Shown here piece by piece: positions 18,095 to 27,143 of a stretch of 35,718 nt of DNA (position 1 is its first letter; each line of letters opens with the position of its first letter). Both the position numbers and the translations under genes were made by a program. The notes below the pieces were generated by a model. The model was not told where the DNA came from. It made no database searches and was given only the letters and a program-made list of their open reading frames with translations. This stretch comes from a virus. Its lineage: Duplodnaviria > Caudoviricetes. The DNA lies in IMG/VR virus record IMGVR_UViG_3300048578_000459, positions 1 through 35,718 of that record. The stretch is one strand, 5' to 3'.

Positions 18095-19902
18095 TGCGAG
18101 TCCCGGTGCTGAAGCAACAGAGCGTCGCCGCGCGGAACCCCTTCGGCGACACGTCGCCCAACCTCCAGCAGGCCAACCTCGGTACCGCCCAGGCTCTCGG
18201 CGCCGTCGCGCAGGACGTCGGCCAGCTCGGCCAGTCCATCGGCAACGTCATGGAGCAGCAGGCGCGCGAGGAGCGGCAGGCCAGCGCGAAGGCGCTGCAC
18301 GACGCCGAGGTCGCGAAGAGGCGCGCCGAGGAGCTGCAGGTCGCTGATGGACTGGTCGACCTCCAGCGGCGCGTCGGCGACGACGAGTCGAAGTTCCTCG
18401 GACGCAAGGGGCTCGATGCGGTGCGCGCCTCGGGCGGCACGCTCGACGCCTTCGACAAGTACGTCGAGGAGGGCGCGAAGCGGTACACGGACCCGACGCA
18501 GAAGCTTGAGTTCCAGGTGCGAGCGAAGCAGGCGCTCCTCGCTGCGCGTCGCTCGGTCGAGAGCCACACGACTCGCGAGTACGCTGCCGGCACCGCCACC
18601 ACCTTCGCGAACCTCCGCGACGCCGCGGTGCGGAATGCGGGCAGCGTCGACCTCTCGCCGGCTGAGATGGCCAGCGCGCTGGCGCCGGTGGATCAAGCCG
18701 CCGACGAGTTCTTCCCGGCCGAGCTGGCCAAGACCGCGAAGACGGAGCTGCGCGCCGACATGGCCGAGGCCGTCATCCAGCGGCATCTCGAGGCGGGCAA
18801 CATCGAGAAGGCCAAGGCCCAGCTCGAGGCGGATCGCAGCCTCTTCGCCCCCAAGCGCGCCACGCAGCTCGGCGCCGCCATCGACCGCGCCAACGCCGGC
18901 GCCGAGAAGGACCGCGTCGCCGGCGAGGTGGCCAAGCTGGTCGACACCTCGGCCGAGGCGGTGCGCACGCCCGACGGCTACGTCACCGAGGAGGCCCTGC
19001 GGAAGGCGGTGCCCGTCGAGGGCTACGAGGGCCAGCAGCGCGACCAGGTGGAGGCGGAGATTCGTCAGCGGCTGCAGCTCGAGCGCGCGAAGCTGAAGGC
19101 CGACGGTGACAAGCACCGCGACAACGTCAACCGCGCCGACCTGCAGGGCGTGCGGGCCGGCGAGAGCGAGGTGTGGCTGGAGAAGTACGACCCCGACTTC
19201 CTGCTGGCGCGGCAGGCGCGGAAGCGCGCTGAGTTCCGCGCGTGGAAGGCCTCGCAGGGCGATGCGAAGGGCAAGGCGGCAGAGGCGCGGCTGCAGAAGG
19301 CCGTCGATCAGGAGTTCCTCAACCGGCTCAACGCTGAGCTCATCAATGATCCGTCGACGAAACCCGACGACTTCCTCACCACCTTCATCGCCGAGAAGGC
19401 GAAGCAAGGCGACGACGTCATGGTGTCCGACGTCGCGCGTGCGCGCGCCGGCCTCGACGCCGCGAAGGCGGGGAAGCGCGCGGATAGCACCGAGGGGGCC
19501 ACCGAGCGCGCCGTGGCGAACCGCTTTGAGCGCACCCTCGGTGCGGCCTTCAAGCAGAAGGGCAAGCCCCTCGATCAGAAGCTGCTCAACGAGCGCGTCG
19601 GCCGTGCCCTCGGCCTGTATCGCGAGCGCCTCGATGCGAAGGGCAAGCCCCTCGATGAGGCCGAGCTCGCAGGTCTCGAGGCCGAGATGCTGCGCGAGGT
19701 CACCGTGTCGGAGCCCGGTCGCTTCTTGGGGACCAACGACGTGAAGAAGAAGGCGATCGACGCGCTCGTGACGGGGACCGAGCCCTCCAGGCCAATGCCC
19801 GCTGGGGGTGTCCGCCTCGATGCGCGGCCCACGGCCAGCGGCAAGAACGGCGAGCGGTACCGCCTCAGCGATGACGGAAAGTCGTGGGAGATCATCAAGT
19901 GA
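18091..19902 (+). CDS. internal virion (ejection) protein, T7 gp15-like position
   Basis: ~600-aa helical protein; MRVPV...V N-terminus and Gly-rich QALGAVAQDVGQLGQSIG; synteny. Confidence 0.65.
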   Translation: MMRVPVLKQQSVAARNPFGDTSPNLQQANLGTAQALGAVAQDVGQLGQSIGNVMEQQAREERQASAKALHDAEVAKRRAEELQVADGLVDLQRRVGDDESKFLGRKGLDAVRASGGTLDAFDKYVEEGAKRYTDPTQKLEFQVRAKQALLAARRSVESHTTREYAAGTATTFANLRDAAVRNAGSVDLSPAEMASALAPVDQAADEFFPAELAKTAKTELRADMAEAVIQRHLEAGNIEKAKAQLEADRSLFAPKRATQLGAAIDRANAGAEKDRVAGEVAKLVDTSAEAVRTPDGYVTEEALRKAVPVEGYEGQQRDQVEAEIRQRLQLERAKLKADGDKHRDNVNRADLQGVRAGESEVWLEKYDPDFLLARQARKRAEFRAWKASQGDAKGKAAEARLQKAVDQEFLNRLNAELINDPSTKPDDFLTTFIAEKAKQGDDVMVSDVARARAGLDAAKAGKRADSTEGATERAVANRFERTLGAAFKQKGKPLDQKLLNERVGRALGLYRERLDAKGKPLDEAELAGLEAEMLREVTVSEPGRFLGTNDVKKKAIDALVTGTEPSRPMPAGGVRLDARPTASGKNGERYRLSDDGKSWEIIK

Positions 19903-22900
19903 GCCTGCCTCCTCTGCCTGACGGTGCGACCCTCGACGCGCTGCCGCCTCTTCCCGAAGGCGCCACGTTGGATGCGCCGGAGAACACCGATCCCGCCTCC
20001 CGCGACGTGGCTCCATCGGTCACCGGTTTCACCGCCGAGGACGTGTCGGCCGATGTGCAGGCTGCCGATCGCACCGCGCGCCATACCCGCCTGCGCCTGG
20101 CCTTCGATGAGTCGCGGCGTACGAGCGAGGACGACGCCGCGACGACGCTGGCCGTGGCGAAGCAACTGGGCGTCCCTTTCGACAACGTGCGGAAGAACCT
20201 GCCCGCGTTCAAAGAGACGGCGGCCGCTGCCCAGTTCGATCCCGCGAGGTGGGAGCAGGAGAACCCCGAGCTCTCGAAGCTGGTGCTCTCGACCCCCGAG
20301 CTCGGCCCGCTGGTACTCCGATCGAAGGAGATCGGCCCCATTGTGCGCGCCTTCCGCGCCGCTGGCGACTGGACGAAGGACGCACTGCGAGCGGTCAACG
20401 AAGCGCTGACCGTTCCGGCCGACACGCTCGCTGAGCAGCAGGCGCAGATGCAGAGCTCAGACTTCGCGGCCGTCGATCCCTCGAAGCTCGAGCAGGCCAA
20501 CACCCCCCTCACTCCGGAGCAGGTGGCCGACGTCGAGCGGCAGCGCGCTCAGCGTGACGCTCCCAAGCTGGCCCAGGAGCGAGAGGACCCGAAGGCGCGC
20601 CTCGTGCGCGAGGACACCAGCTTCTCCGGCCGCCTTCTGCTCCTCGGGCTGCGAGCCGCCGAGACGAAGCAGTCGCTCGACCTCGCGCGCAAGCAGGTGC
20701 GGTTGATGTTGGCGGAGAACGGCATCGCCGGCGATCCCGCCGAACTCGCCGCCGAGCTCCATGACGCGAAGCTCGCCTCGACGCCTCGCTCGTACGGCGA
20801 CGACACCGGGTTGCTGCGCGATCTCACCGAAGGTCTGCAGGGCGCAGTTTCCACGGTCGACGTCGGCGCCGACGCCCTCAAGGGTGCTGGTGTCGCAGGC
20901 GCGGTTGGTTTCGTCGCGACTGCGGTACCGACCGCGGTGGTGACGAAGAACCCCGGAGCGGCCGTCAGGGCCGGCGTCGCTGGTGCTCGCGCCCTCGCAG
21001 GCAAGGGCGCACAGACCGCTGCTTTCCTTTCGGCGATGGAGCTCGAGACGGGGACCTCCTACGAGGCGCTGCGCGAGCTCACCACCGATGCGGGGCAGAA
21101 GCTCACCCCGGGTGAGGCGATGGGCGGAGCGGTCGTGCAGGGGCTCATCAAGGGCGGCCTCGAGTTCGTCAGCTTCGGCCAGCAGACGAAGGTGCTGAAG
21201 CAGGCGCTGCCGTCACAGATCACCGGTCTCATCACGAAGGACCCGACCTTCCGCGCGCTGCTGCGTCGCGTGGCGACCGAGTACGGGAAGAGCGTCGCGA
21301 CCGAGGGCATCACCGAGGGGCTGCAGGACGCGGTCGAGCAGATCGGTGACTTCGTCCAGGCGAGCATGAAGGACGAGGCCTTGCAGAAGCAGGCCTACGA
21401 CCCGACGCGCGGCCTCGAGGCCACACAGGGCGGCGTGCTGGGTGCGCTGCTCTCCGGCGGCGTCACCTCCGGTTTGGCCCTGGCCACGACGCGCACGACG
21501 GACGCGCGCACCGAGGTGGCTGATCAGCAGGTGGCGCCGCTGCTCGAGCTCGCGCAGCAGCCGACGGTGAAGGCGGCGCCGGAGGCCTTCGCGCAGCTCA
21601 TCGCCGAGACCTCGGCCGAGGGAGGCCACGCACCGCTCACGGCGCTGCACGTCGACGCGCACGCCGTCGTGAAGTACTTCCAGGAGCAGGGCTTCGACGG
21701 GCAGGCAACCAACGCCGCTGTCGCCGAGCTGCTCGGCCCCGACGCACCGGCGAAGCTCCTCGATGCGGCGGCCACCGGCGGCAAGCTCGAGGTGCCCGTC
21801 GAGGCCGTGCTGTCGAAGTGGGGCACCAGCGAGGCAGGGAAGGCCCTCGTCGACGACACCACCACCGATCCGTCGGCCCTCACTCCGCGCCAGCGTGCCG
21901 AGCAGAAGGCGGAGATCGAGGCGCGCGCCGAGGCCATCGCGAAGGAGGAGGAAGCGAAGGCGTCCGAGGCCGAACTGCTCGCCAACCGCACGCGTGAGCT
22001 CGAGCAGCAGCTGATCGATGCAGGGCAGTCGAAACAGGCGGCCAAGGCCAGCGCCGCCCTGGTGCGCGCGTTCTCGGCGACGATGGCGGCCGACTTCAAC
22101 CAGGCGCTCTCCGCCGTCTTCCCCGAGGCCCCTCTCGCTGTCGCCAAGGGCGACGAGCAGGCCGTCGGTGATGCGGCTCTCGCTCAGCTTCCGACCGACG
22201 CGCTGCAGGCTCGCGCAGAGACGATCGATGTTCCGACGCGTGCGGCCGAGCTCTTCACGGACACCGTCTCAGGGCTGCGCACCCGCCGCGCCTGGGACGA
22301 GTCTCCACGGCGGCCGGGCACGCAGGTCGCCGTCATCACGTCGCCCGACATCAAGGCGCTCAACGATCATCCAACCGGCGGCCACGACACCGCGAACGAG
22401 CTCCTGCGCCTCATCGGCGGCGTGCTGGGCGGCGTCGACGCCGAGGCCGCTCGCTCGGGCACGAACTTCCTGCTGCACGCGAAGAATCGCGAGGAACTGC
22501 GCGCGGCCGTCAACGCGGTGCGCGCGGCACTCCCCGCGGGACTGACCGTCGAGGGTGCGGTCGCGCCCGACATCGATGCCGCGTTCGCGAAGCTCGACAG
22601 CACCACCGCCGAGAAGCGGGCGGCTGGGAAGCTGCCGGGCCGCGGGGCAACGGCCTTCGACCTCTCGCAGCTCGGGCCCGAGACCTTCTCCGCGGGGAAG
22701 CCGGCGACGCCGAACGTGAGCCAAGCGCTGCTCGAGCGCGCGGCGCGCACGCAGGGGAAGGACTTCGCGCGCGAGGCCTACTTCGACAAGGACGTGCCGG
22801 GGGTGCTGTCGAAGACGGGCTTCGACGCCCTCGGCGAGCGCGCGTGGGTGTCCGCCTTCGACCTCAAGGGTCTGAAGCGGATCAACGACGTCTTCGGCAA

Positions 22901-25900
22901 GCTCGCGGGCAATGCCATCCTCAAGGCCTTCGGCGAGGCGGCGGCGCGCGCAGGCGGCGGCGACATCGCATTTGCCCACCTGAGCGGAGACGAGTACGCC
23001 GCGAAGCACGACGACCGCGCGAAGCTCGCGGAATTCGAGACCCGCCTCCGGGCTGAGTTGCAGAAGGTCGGCGTCTCGGTGATGTTCGGGGGGGCGCAGT
23101 TCGAGCTCACCCCGGACTTCCGCTCGGGGATCGGAGAGAAGACCTATGGCCGAGCCGACCAAGACCTCAACGCCCGCAAGCGAGCAGAAGCCGCCGCGCC
23201 GAATGACGTTCAGCGAGTTCGCGGACCTGATGGAGCAGCACCCGGAGACCAAGGCGGAGCCGCTCGCGGTGACGGTGGACGGCAAGCCGGCTTGGACGGC
23301 GCCCAAGAAGTAGCCCGCCTCAAGCAGGACACCGGCGCCACCCCGAAGGGCTACACCGAGCTGCCCGCCGGCCGCGCCCTGCAGTCAACCATCAAGGTCT
23401 TCCTCAACAAGAGTGCCGACGTCAGCACGGTGGTGCACGAGGCTGGGCACGCCTTCCTCGAGCAGCTCTTCGACCTCGCCGAGCGCCCCGACGCTCCCCA
23501 ACGCACGAAGGACACCGCGGCCGCGGCGCTCAAAGCGCTCGGTGTCGAGACCCGCGCCGAGGTGAAGCGCGAGCACCACGAAAAGTTCGCTCGCTCCTTC
23601 GAGAAGTACGTCTTCACCGGCGAGGCCCCCAGCTCTGGCCTGAAGCAGGTCTTCGCGCGCTTCACCCGCTGGCTCAGCGCCATCTACCGCACGCTGACCG
23701 GCATCCCCGGCGCCGAGCTCAGCGCCGAGCTGAAGCCCGTCTTCGACGCGATGCTGGCGACCGAAGATCAGATCGCCGCCCTGCGCCGCAAGCAAGGGCC
23801 CCAGCTCACCGCCGAGCAGCTGCAGGTGAAGGCCGAGGAGCGCCAGGCGCAGCTCGAGCAGGAGGCCGACGAGTACCGCGAGGGCAGCCACGCCGCGCAG
23901 CTCGCCGCCGTGAAGGACGCCCTGCGCGCCCGCGAGGCATGGTGGAAGAAGGGGCTGCAGCAGCTCGAGGCGAACTTCGCCGACGAGTACGAGCAGCTGC
24001 CCGCTCGACGTGCGCAGCGGCTGATCAGCGGCGAGGAGACGGGCGAGGCGATGGTGCTCGACCGAAAGCTGGTGCAGGAGGTGATCGGCGAGCTGAAGGT
24101 GCCGGGCCTGAAGACGGCAGAGACCGGCGGGGTCCGCCCGTCGCTGGTGGCGGAGATGGCCGGCTACGCCTCGCCTCGCGCCATGCTGGCCGAGCTCGCG
24201 GGCCTCCGGTCCAAGGAGACGTGGGTGCGCGCCCAGGCCGAGGCGACGATGCGGCAGCTCCACCCGGGCATCCTCGACGACCTCACGAAGTTCCGGGCTC
24301 TCCTCTCCGACGGGCTGCGCAGCGCCACCGAGAAACGCCTCATGCGCGAAGTGCAGGGGCTCGACAGGGAGGCGCTCAAGCGTGCGGCCGAGAAGCTGGT
24401 CGAGCGACGCGTCGTGGGCAAGCTGCAGCCGGGCAGGGCGCTGGCGCAGCAGCGCGCGGCGGCCGCGGCGAAGGCCCGCGCCATGGCGAAGGGCGACATC
24501 AACGCCACCCGCGAAGCGGCGCAGGCTGAGCTGCTCAACCACTACCTGCACCACGAGCTCACCGCGGCCGCGGCGGAAGTGGGCAAGGTCGAGGATCTGG
24601 CGAAGCGGCTCGGCAAGACCTCCGCGCGCGAGCGCCTGGGCAAGGCTTCACCGGCGTACCGCGATGCGGTCGACTTCCTGCGCGGCGCCCTCGGGTTCAG
24701 CGACCCGATCGACCTCGACGCAGGCACCCTCGAAGCGGCCGTCGCGCAGCTCGAGGGAGACGCCGTCACCATCGGCGATCCCGACTGGCTGGCCCCGCTG
24801 CGCGCCGCGCTCAGCAAGACGCAGGACTACCGGCAGCTCACCGTGGCCGAACTCGGCGCCGTGCGCGACGCGCTGAAGATGATCGAGACCGGCGCGCGGA
24901 ACCGCACCGAGATGTTGGTCGACGGAAGGAGGGCTGACTTCGAGGATGTGAAGGCGAAGGCGCTCAAGGAGATCGCCTCGACGCTCCCCGACAAGGGGCG
25001 GATCGTCGCGAAGAACCAGCGGACCGCCACCGAGAAGGTAAAGGCGAAGCTCTCGGCACTCGACGGCTTCTTGCTCACGCCGATCGACTTGGTGCGCGAC
25101 CTCACCGGAGACGACCAGCAGTCGACGCTCTTCAAGGTGGTGGTGAACACCATGCGGCGCAGCGCGGCGCTCGAGGCCGACTTGCTCGAGCAGCGCATCA
25201 AGCCCGTCCTCGACGTCTTCGAGAAGATGAGCCCGGAAGCCCGGAAGAGCCTCGGCGATCTCGTCGATGGGCGCGCGCTCTTTCCAACGTGGAACAGCGA
25301 TCTCGAGGCGCCTCGGCACGTCGACGAACTGCTCTCGCTCGCGCTGAACTTCGGCAGCGAGTCGAGCCGGAAGGTGGTGCTCGAGGGGTTCGGCATCACC
25401 GAAGACCAGGTGAAGGCAGCTCTCGATGCCCATCTGAAGCCCGAGCACATCGAGCTCATCAACGCGGTGTGGAAGACGCTCGATGCCTTGCGCGAGCCGG
25501 CCTTCGACCTCGAGGAGCGCGAGACCGGGCTACGCCCGAAGGCGGTCGAAGCTGTGCCCCTGCAGCTGAAGGCGGGCATGCTCGAAGGCGGGTACTTCCC
25601 GCTCAAGGCCAACCCTGAGGCGTCCACCGTCGGAGCGCGGCAGTTCGGCGAGGAGCAGCTCGCGTCGCTCTTCGACCCGACCTTCACCCGCCCGGGCACC
25701 GCACACGGCCACCTCAAGAGCCGCAAGGACGGCGCGCGCTACGCTGTGTCCCTTGATCTTGACGTCTTCCGAAAGCACCTGCTGCAGGTCGGCCACGATC
25801 TCGCATACCGCGAGGGAGTGAAGTCGGTCGCGCGCCTCGTGATGGACGGCGACATACAGCGCGAGCTCACGCGCAAGCTGGGCGCGGAGAAGACGAAGGA

Positions 25901-27143
25901 GTTCCTGTTCTGGCTGAAGGACATCGGCGGCGCGTCAGGGCTGCAGTCGACCCCCGCCGACTCGCTGCTGTCCTTCTTCAAGAAGAACCTCTCGACCTCG
26001 GCGCTGAGCGGCCTGAGCACCGCGGTCGGCAACTTCGCCAACCTCCCGGCCGCCGTCGCCTCAACACCCCTCAAGGCGAAGCACCTCGCCGCCGGCATCG
26101 CCCAGGTGATGGCCGCGCCGTGGGACATGGTGCATGGCACCTCGACCGCTCGGCAGGCGATGCTTGAGAAGAGCGGGGTGATGCGCTCCGAGAACAGCGA
26201 ACTGGTGCAGCAACTCCAGCGCGACATCGTGGGGCTGCGCGCCGGCGCCGTGCGCCGAGGCCTCGAGAAGATGCGCGAGGTCGGGATGATCGCCATGCGC
26301 GGAGTCGACGCCATCGTGTCGACCGCGGTGTGGACCGGCGCGTACCGCCAGGCGCTCGCCGAGGGACGTTCCGAGGCTGAGGCGGTGCGCTGGGCCGACG
26401 ACATCCACTCGAAGGTTCAGCCGTCGAAGAACGTCGCTGAGAAGAGCCGCATCCTCCGAGACAAGGGAACGTGGGTGGGCGCCGCGACCATCTTCTACAG
26501 CTACCTGAACGTCGCCTACCGAGCGCAGCACCGGCTCGCAGCGCCGCTCTTCACGCAGGCGTTCCGCGGCGCGTCGGTGACGAAGAAGGCCACCGTCGCC
26601 GCGGCTGTCGCCGGCAACCTGCTCGCGTTCTACGTCGCGGTGCAGGTGCTCGGTGACCTTGGCATGGGGCGCGGGCCCGAGGACGGGGACCGCGACGAAG
26701 AGGACCCGGAGAACAAGCTCCTGAAGTGGCGGAACTGGCTTGTGCGGAAGGTAGCGGTTGCTCCGCTCAGCACCATCCCCGTTCTGCCGCTCACGTCGAT
26801 CGTCGAAGGGGGCGTCCTCGGCAAGAAGGTGTCGCCGCGCGCCGAGCCCGTTACCGCCACGCTCTACCAGTTCTCGAAGTTGGTCGAACAACTGCGCCGC
26901 GACGAGGCAACGGAAGAGGACATCGCCAAGGCGGCGTGGCCGCTCGTCGGCGCCTTCACCGGTCTTCCAACGCGCCTGGTAGGCACAACGGGCAAGTACA
27001 TCTGGGAAACGACTGCAGGCGACCGCGAGGTACCCAACGCCGGACGCTTCGTAGGCGGCGTGATCTACGGCGAGAAGGACGGCCAGCCCGACAACCTACC
27101 GGCCGTTCTGGGCGACGGCCTCGACCCGCTCAAGGTCGAGTAG
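19899..27143 (+). CDS. giant internal virion/ejection protein (polyvalent-type) with tandem GGDEF-like domains and a zincin-like HExxH domain
   Basis: GTG start overlapping upstream stop (GTGA); ~2414 aa; hydrophobic Gly/Ala-rich segments; GGDEF-like motifs at 22248-23190; HEAGH at 23436-23450; GGYFPL motif in the C-terminal part. Confidence 0.85.
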   Translation: MSLPPLPDGATLDALPPLPEGATLDAPENTDPASRDVAPSVTGFTAEDVSADVQAADRTARHTRLRLAFDESRRTSEDDAATTLAVAKQLGVPFDNVRKNLPAFKETAAAAQFDPARWEQENPELSKLVLSTPELGPLVLRSKEIGPIVRAFRAAGDWTKDALRAVNEALTVPADTLAEQQAQMQSSDFAAVDPSKLEQANTPLTPEQVADVERQRAQRDAPKLAQEREDPKARLVREDTSFSGRLLLLGLRAAETKQSLDLARKQVRLMLAENGIAGDPAELAAELHDAKLASTPRSYGDDTGLLRDLTEGLQGAVSTVDVGADALKGAGVAGAVGFVATAVPTAVVTKNPGAAVRAGVAGARALAGKGAQTAAFLSAMELETGTSYEALRELTTDAGQKLTPGEAMGGAVVQGLIKGGLEFVSFGQQTKVLKQALPSQITGLITKDPTFRALLRRVATEYGKSVATEGITEGLQDAVEQIGDFVQASMKDEALQKQAYDPTRGLEATQGGVLGALLSGGVTSGLALATTRTTDARTEVADQQVAPLLELAQQPTVKAAPEAFAQLIAETSAEGGHAPLTALHVDAHAVVKYFQEQGFDGQATNAAVAELLGPDAPAKLLDAAATGGKLEVPVEAVLSKWGTSEAGKALVDDTTTDPSALTPRQRAEQKAEIEARAEAIAKEEEAKASEAELLANRTRELEQQLIDAGQSKQAAKASAALVRAFSATMAADFNQALSAVFPEAPLAVAKGDEQAVGDAALAQLPTDALQARAETIDVPTRAAELFTDTVSGLRTRRAWDESPRRPGTQVAVITSPDIKALNDHPTGGHDTANELLRLIGGVLGGVDAEAARSGTNFLLHAKNREELRAAVNAVRAALPAGLTVEGAVAPDIDAAFAKLDSTTAEKRAAGKLPGRGATAFDLSQLGPETFSAGKPATPNVSQALLERAARTQGKDFAREAYFDKDVPGVLSKTGFDALGERAWVSAFDLKGLKRINDVFGKLAGNAILKAFGEAAARAGGGDIAFAHLSGDEYAAKHDDRAKLAEFETRLRAELQKVGVSVMFGGAQFELTPDFRSGIGEKTYGRADQDLNARKRAEAAAPNDVQRVRGPDGAAPGDQGGAARGDGGRQAGLDGAQEVARLKQDTGATPKGYTELPAGRALQSTIKVFLNKSADVSTVVHEAGHAFLEQLFDLAERPDAPQRTKDTAAAALKALGVETRAEVKREHHEKFARSFEKYVFTGEAPSSGLKQVFARFTRWLSAIYRTLTGIPGAELSAELKPVFDAMLATEDQIAALRRKQGPQLTAEQLQVKAEERQAQLEQEADEYREGSHAAQLAAVKDALRAREAWWKKGLQQLEANFADEYEQLPARRAQRLISGEETGEAMVLDRKLVQEVIGELKVPGLKTAETGGVRPSLVAEMAGYASPRAMLAELAGLRSKETWVRAQAEATMRQLHPGILDDLTKFRALLSDGLRSATEKRLMREVQGLDREALKRAAEKLVERRVVGKLQPGRALAQQRAAAAAKARAMAKGDINATREAAQAELLNHYLHHELTAAAAEVGKVEDLAKRLGKTSARERLGKASPAYRDAVDFLRGALGFSDPIDLDAGTLEAAVAQLEGDAVTIGDPDWLAPLRAALSKTQDYRQLTVAELGAVRDALKMIETGARNRTEMLVDGRRADFEDVKAKALKEIASTLPDKGRIVAKNQRTATEKVKAKLSALDGFLLTPIDLVRDLTGDDQQSTLFKVVVNTMRRSAALEADLLEQRIKPVLDVFEKMSPEARKSLGDLVDGRALFPTWNSDLEAPRHVDELLSLALNFGSESSRKVVLEGFGITEDQVKAALDAHLKPEHIELINAVWKTLDALREPAFDLEERETGLRPKAVEAVPLQLKAGMLEGGYFPLKANPEASTVGARQFGEEQLASLFDPTFTRPGTAHGHLKSRKDGARYAVSLDLDVFRKHLLQVGHDLAYREGVKSVARLVMDGDIQRELTRKLGAEKTKEFLFWLKDIGGASGLQSTPADSLLSFFKKNLSTSALSGLSTAVGNFANLPAAVASTPLKAKHLAAGIAQVMAAPWDMVHGTSTARQAMLEKSGVMRSENSELVQQLQRDIVGLRAGAVRRGLEKMREVGMIAMRGVDAIVSTAVWTGAYRQALAEGRSEAEAVRWADDIHSKVQPSKNVAEKSRILRDKGTWVGAATIFYSYLNVAYRAQHRLAAPLFTQAFRGASVTKKATVAAAVAGNLLAFYVAVQVLGDLGMGRGPEDGDRDEEDPENKLLKWRNWLVRKVAVAPLSTIPVLPLTSIVEGGVLGKKVSPRAEPVTATLYQFSKLVEQLRRDEATEEDIAKAAWPLVGAFTGLPTRLVGTTGKYIWETTAGDREVPNAGRFVGGVIYGEKDGQPDNLPAVLGDGLDPLKVE
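23146..23313 (+). CDS. nested +1-frame small protein (55 aa) inside the giant virion gene
   Basis: GGAGA at 23133-23137, 8 nt before ATG; MAEPTKTSTPASEQKPPRRMTFSEFADLMEQHPETKAEPLAVTVDGKPAWTAPKK*; 51/55 codons end in G/C while the host frame becomes A/T-ending. Confidence 0.7.
   Translation: MAEPTKTSTPASEQKPPRRMTFSEFADLMEQHPETKAEPLAVTVDGKPAWTAPKK

Noticed and set aside
19905-19976. Tandem LPPLPDGATLDA/LPPLPEGATLDA repeat at the N-terminus of the giant protein (also the KGKPLD duplication near 19557-19656)
   Set aside because: Short in-frame peptide duplications with synonymous divergence, common in ejection proteins; no evidence of a separate DNA-level function.
15067-20016. Very long antisense ORFs (15067..17727, 17986..20016; likewise 9621..10985, 12522..13496, 22269..23306)
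   Set aside because: Shadow frames of GC3-rich plus-strand structural genes; no RBS, no recognisable motifs, and biased composition.
22018-22545. +1-frame ORF over GGDEF domain 1 as a second nested gene
   Set aside because: Arg/Pro/Ser-rich shadow translation with no clear RBS, and the main frame keeps normal codon bias here, unlike at 23146-23313.
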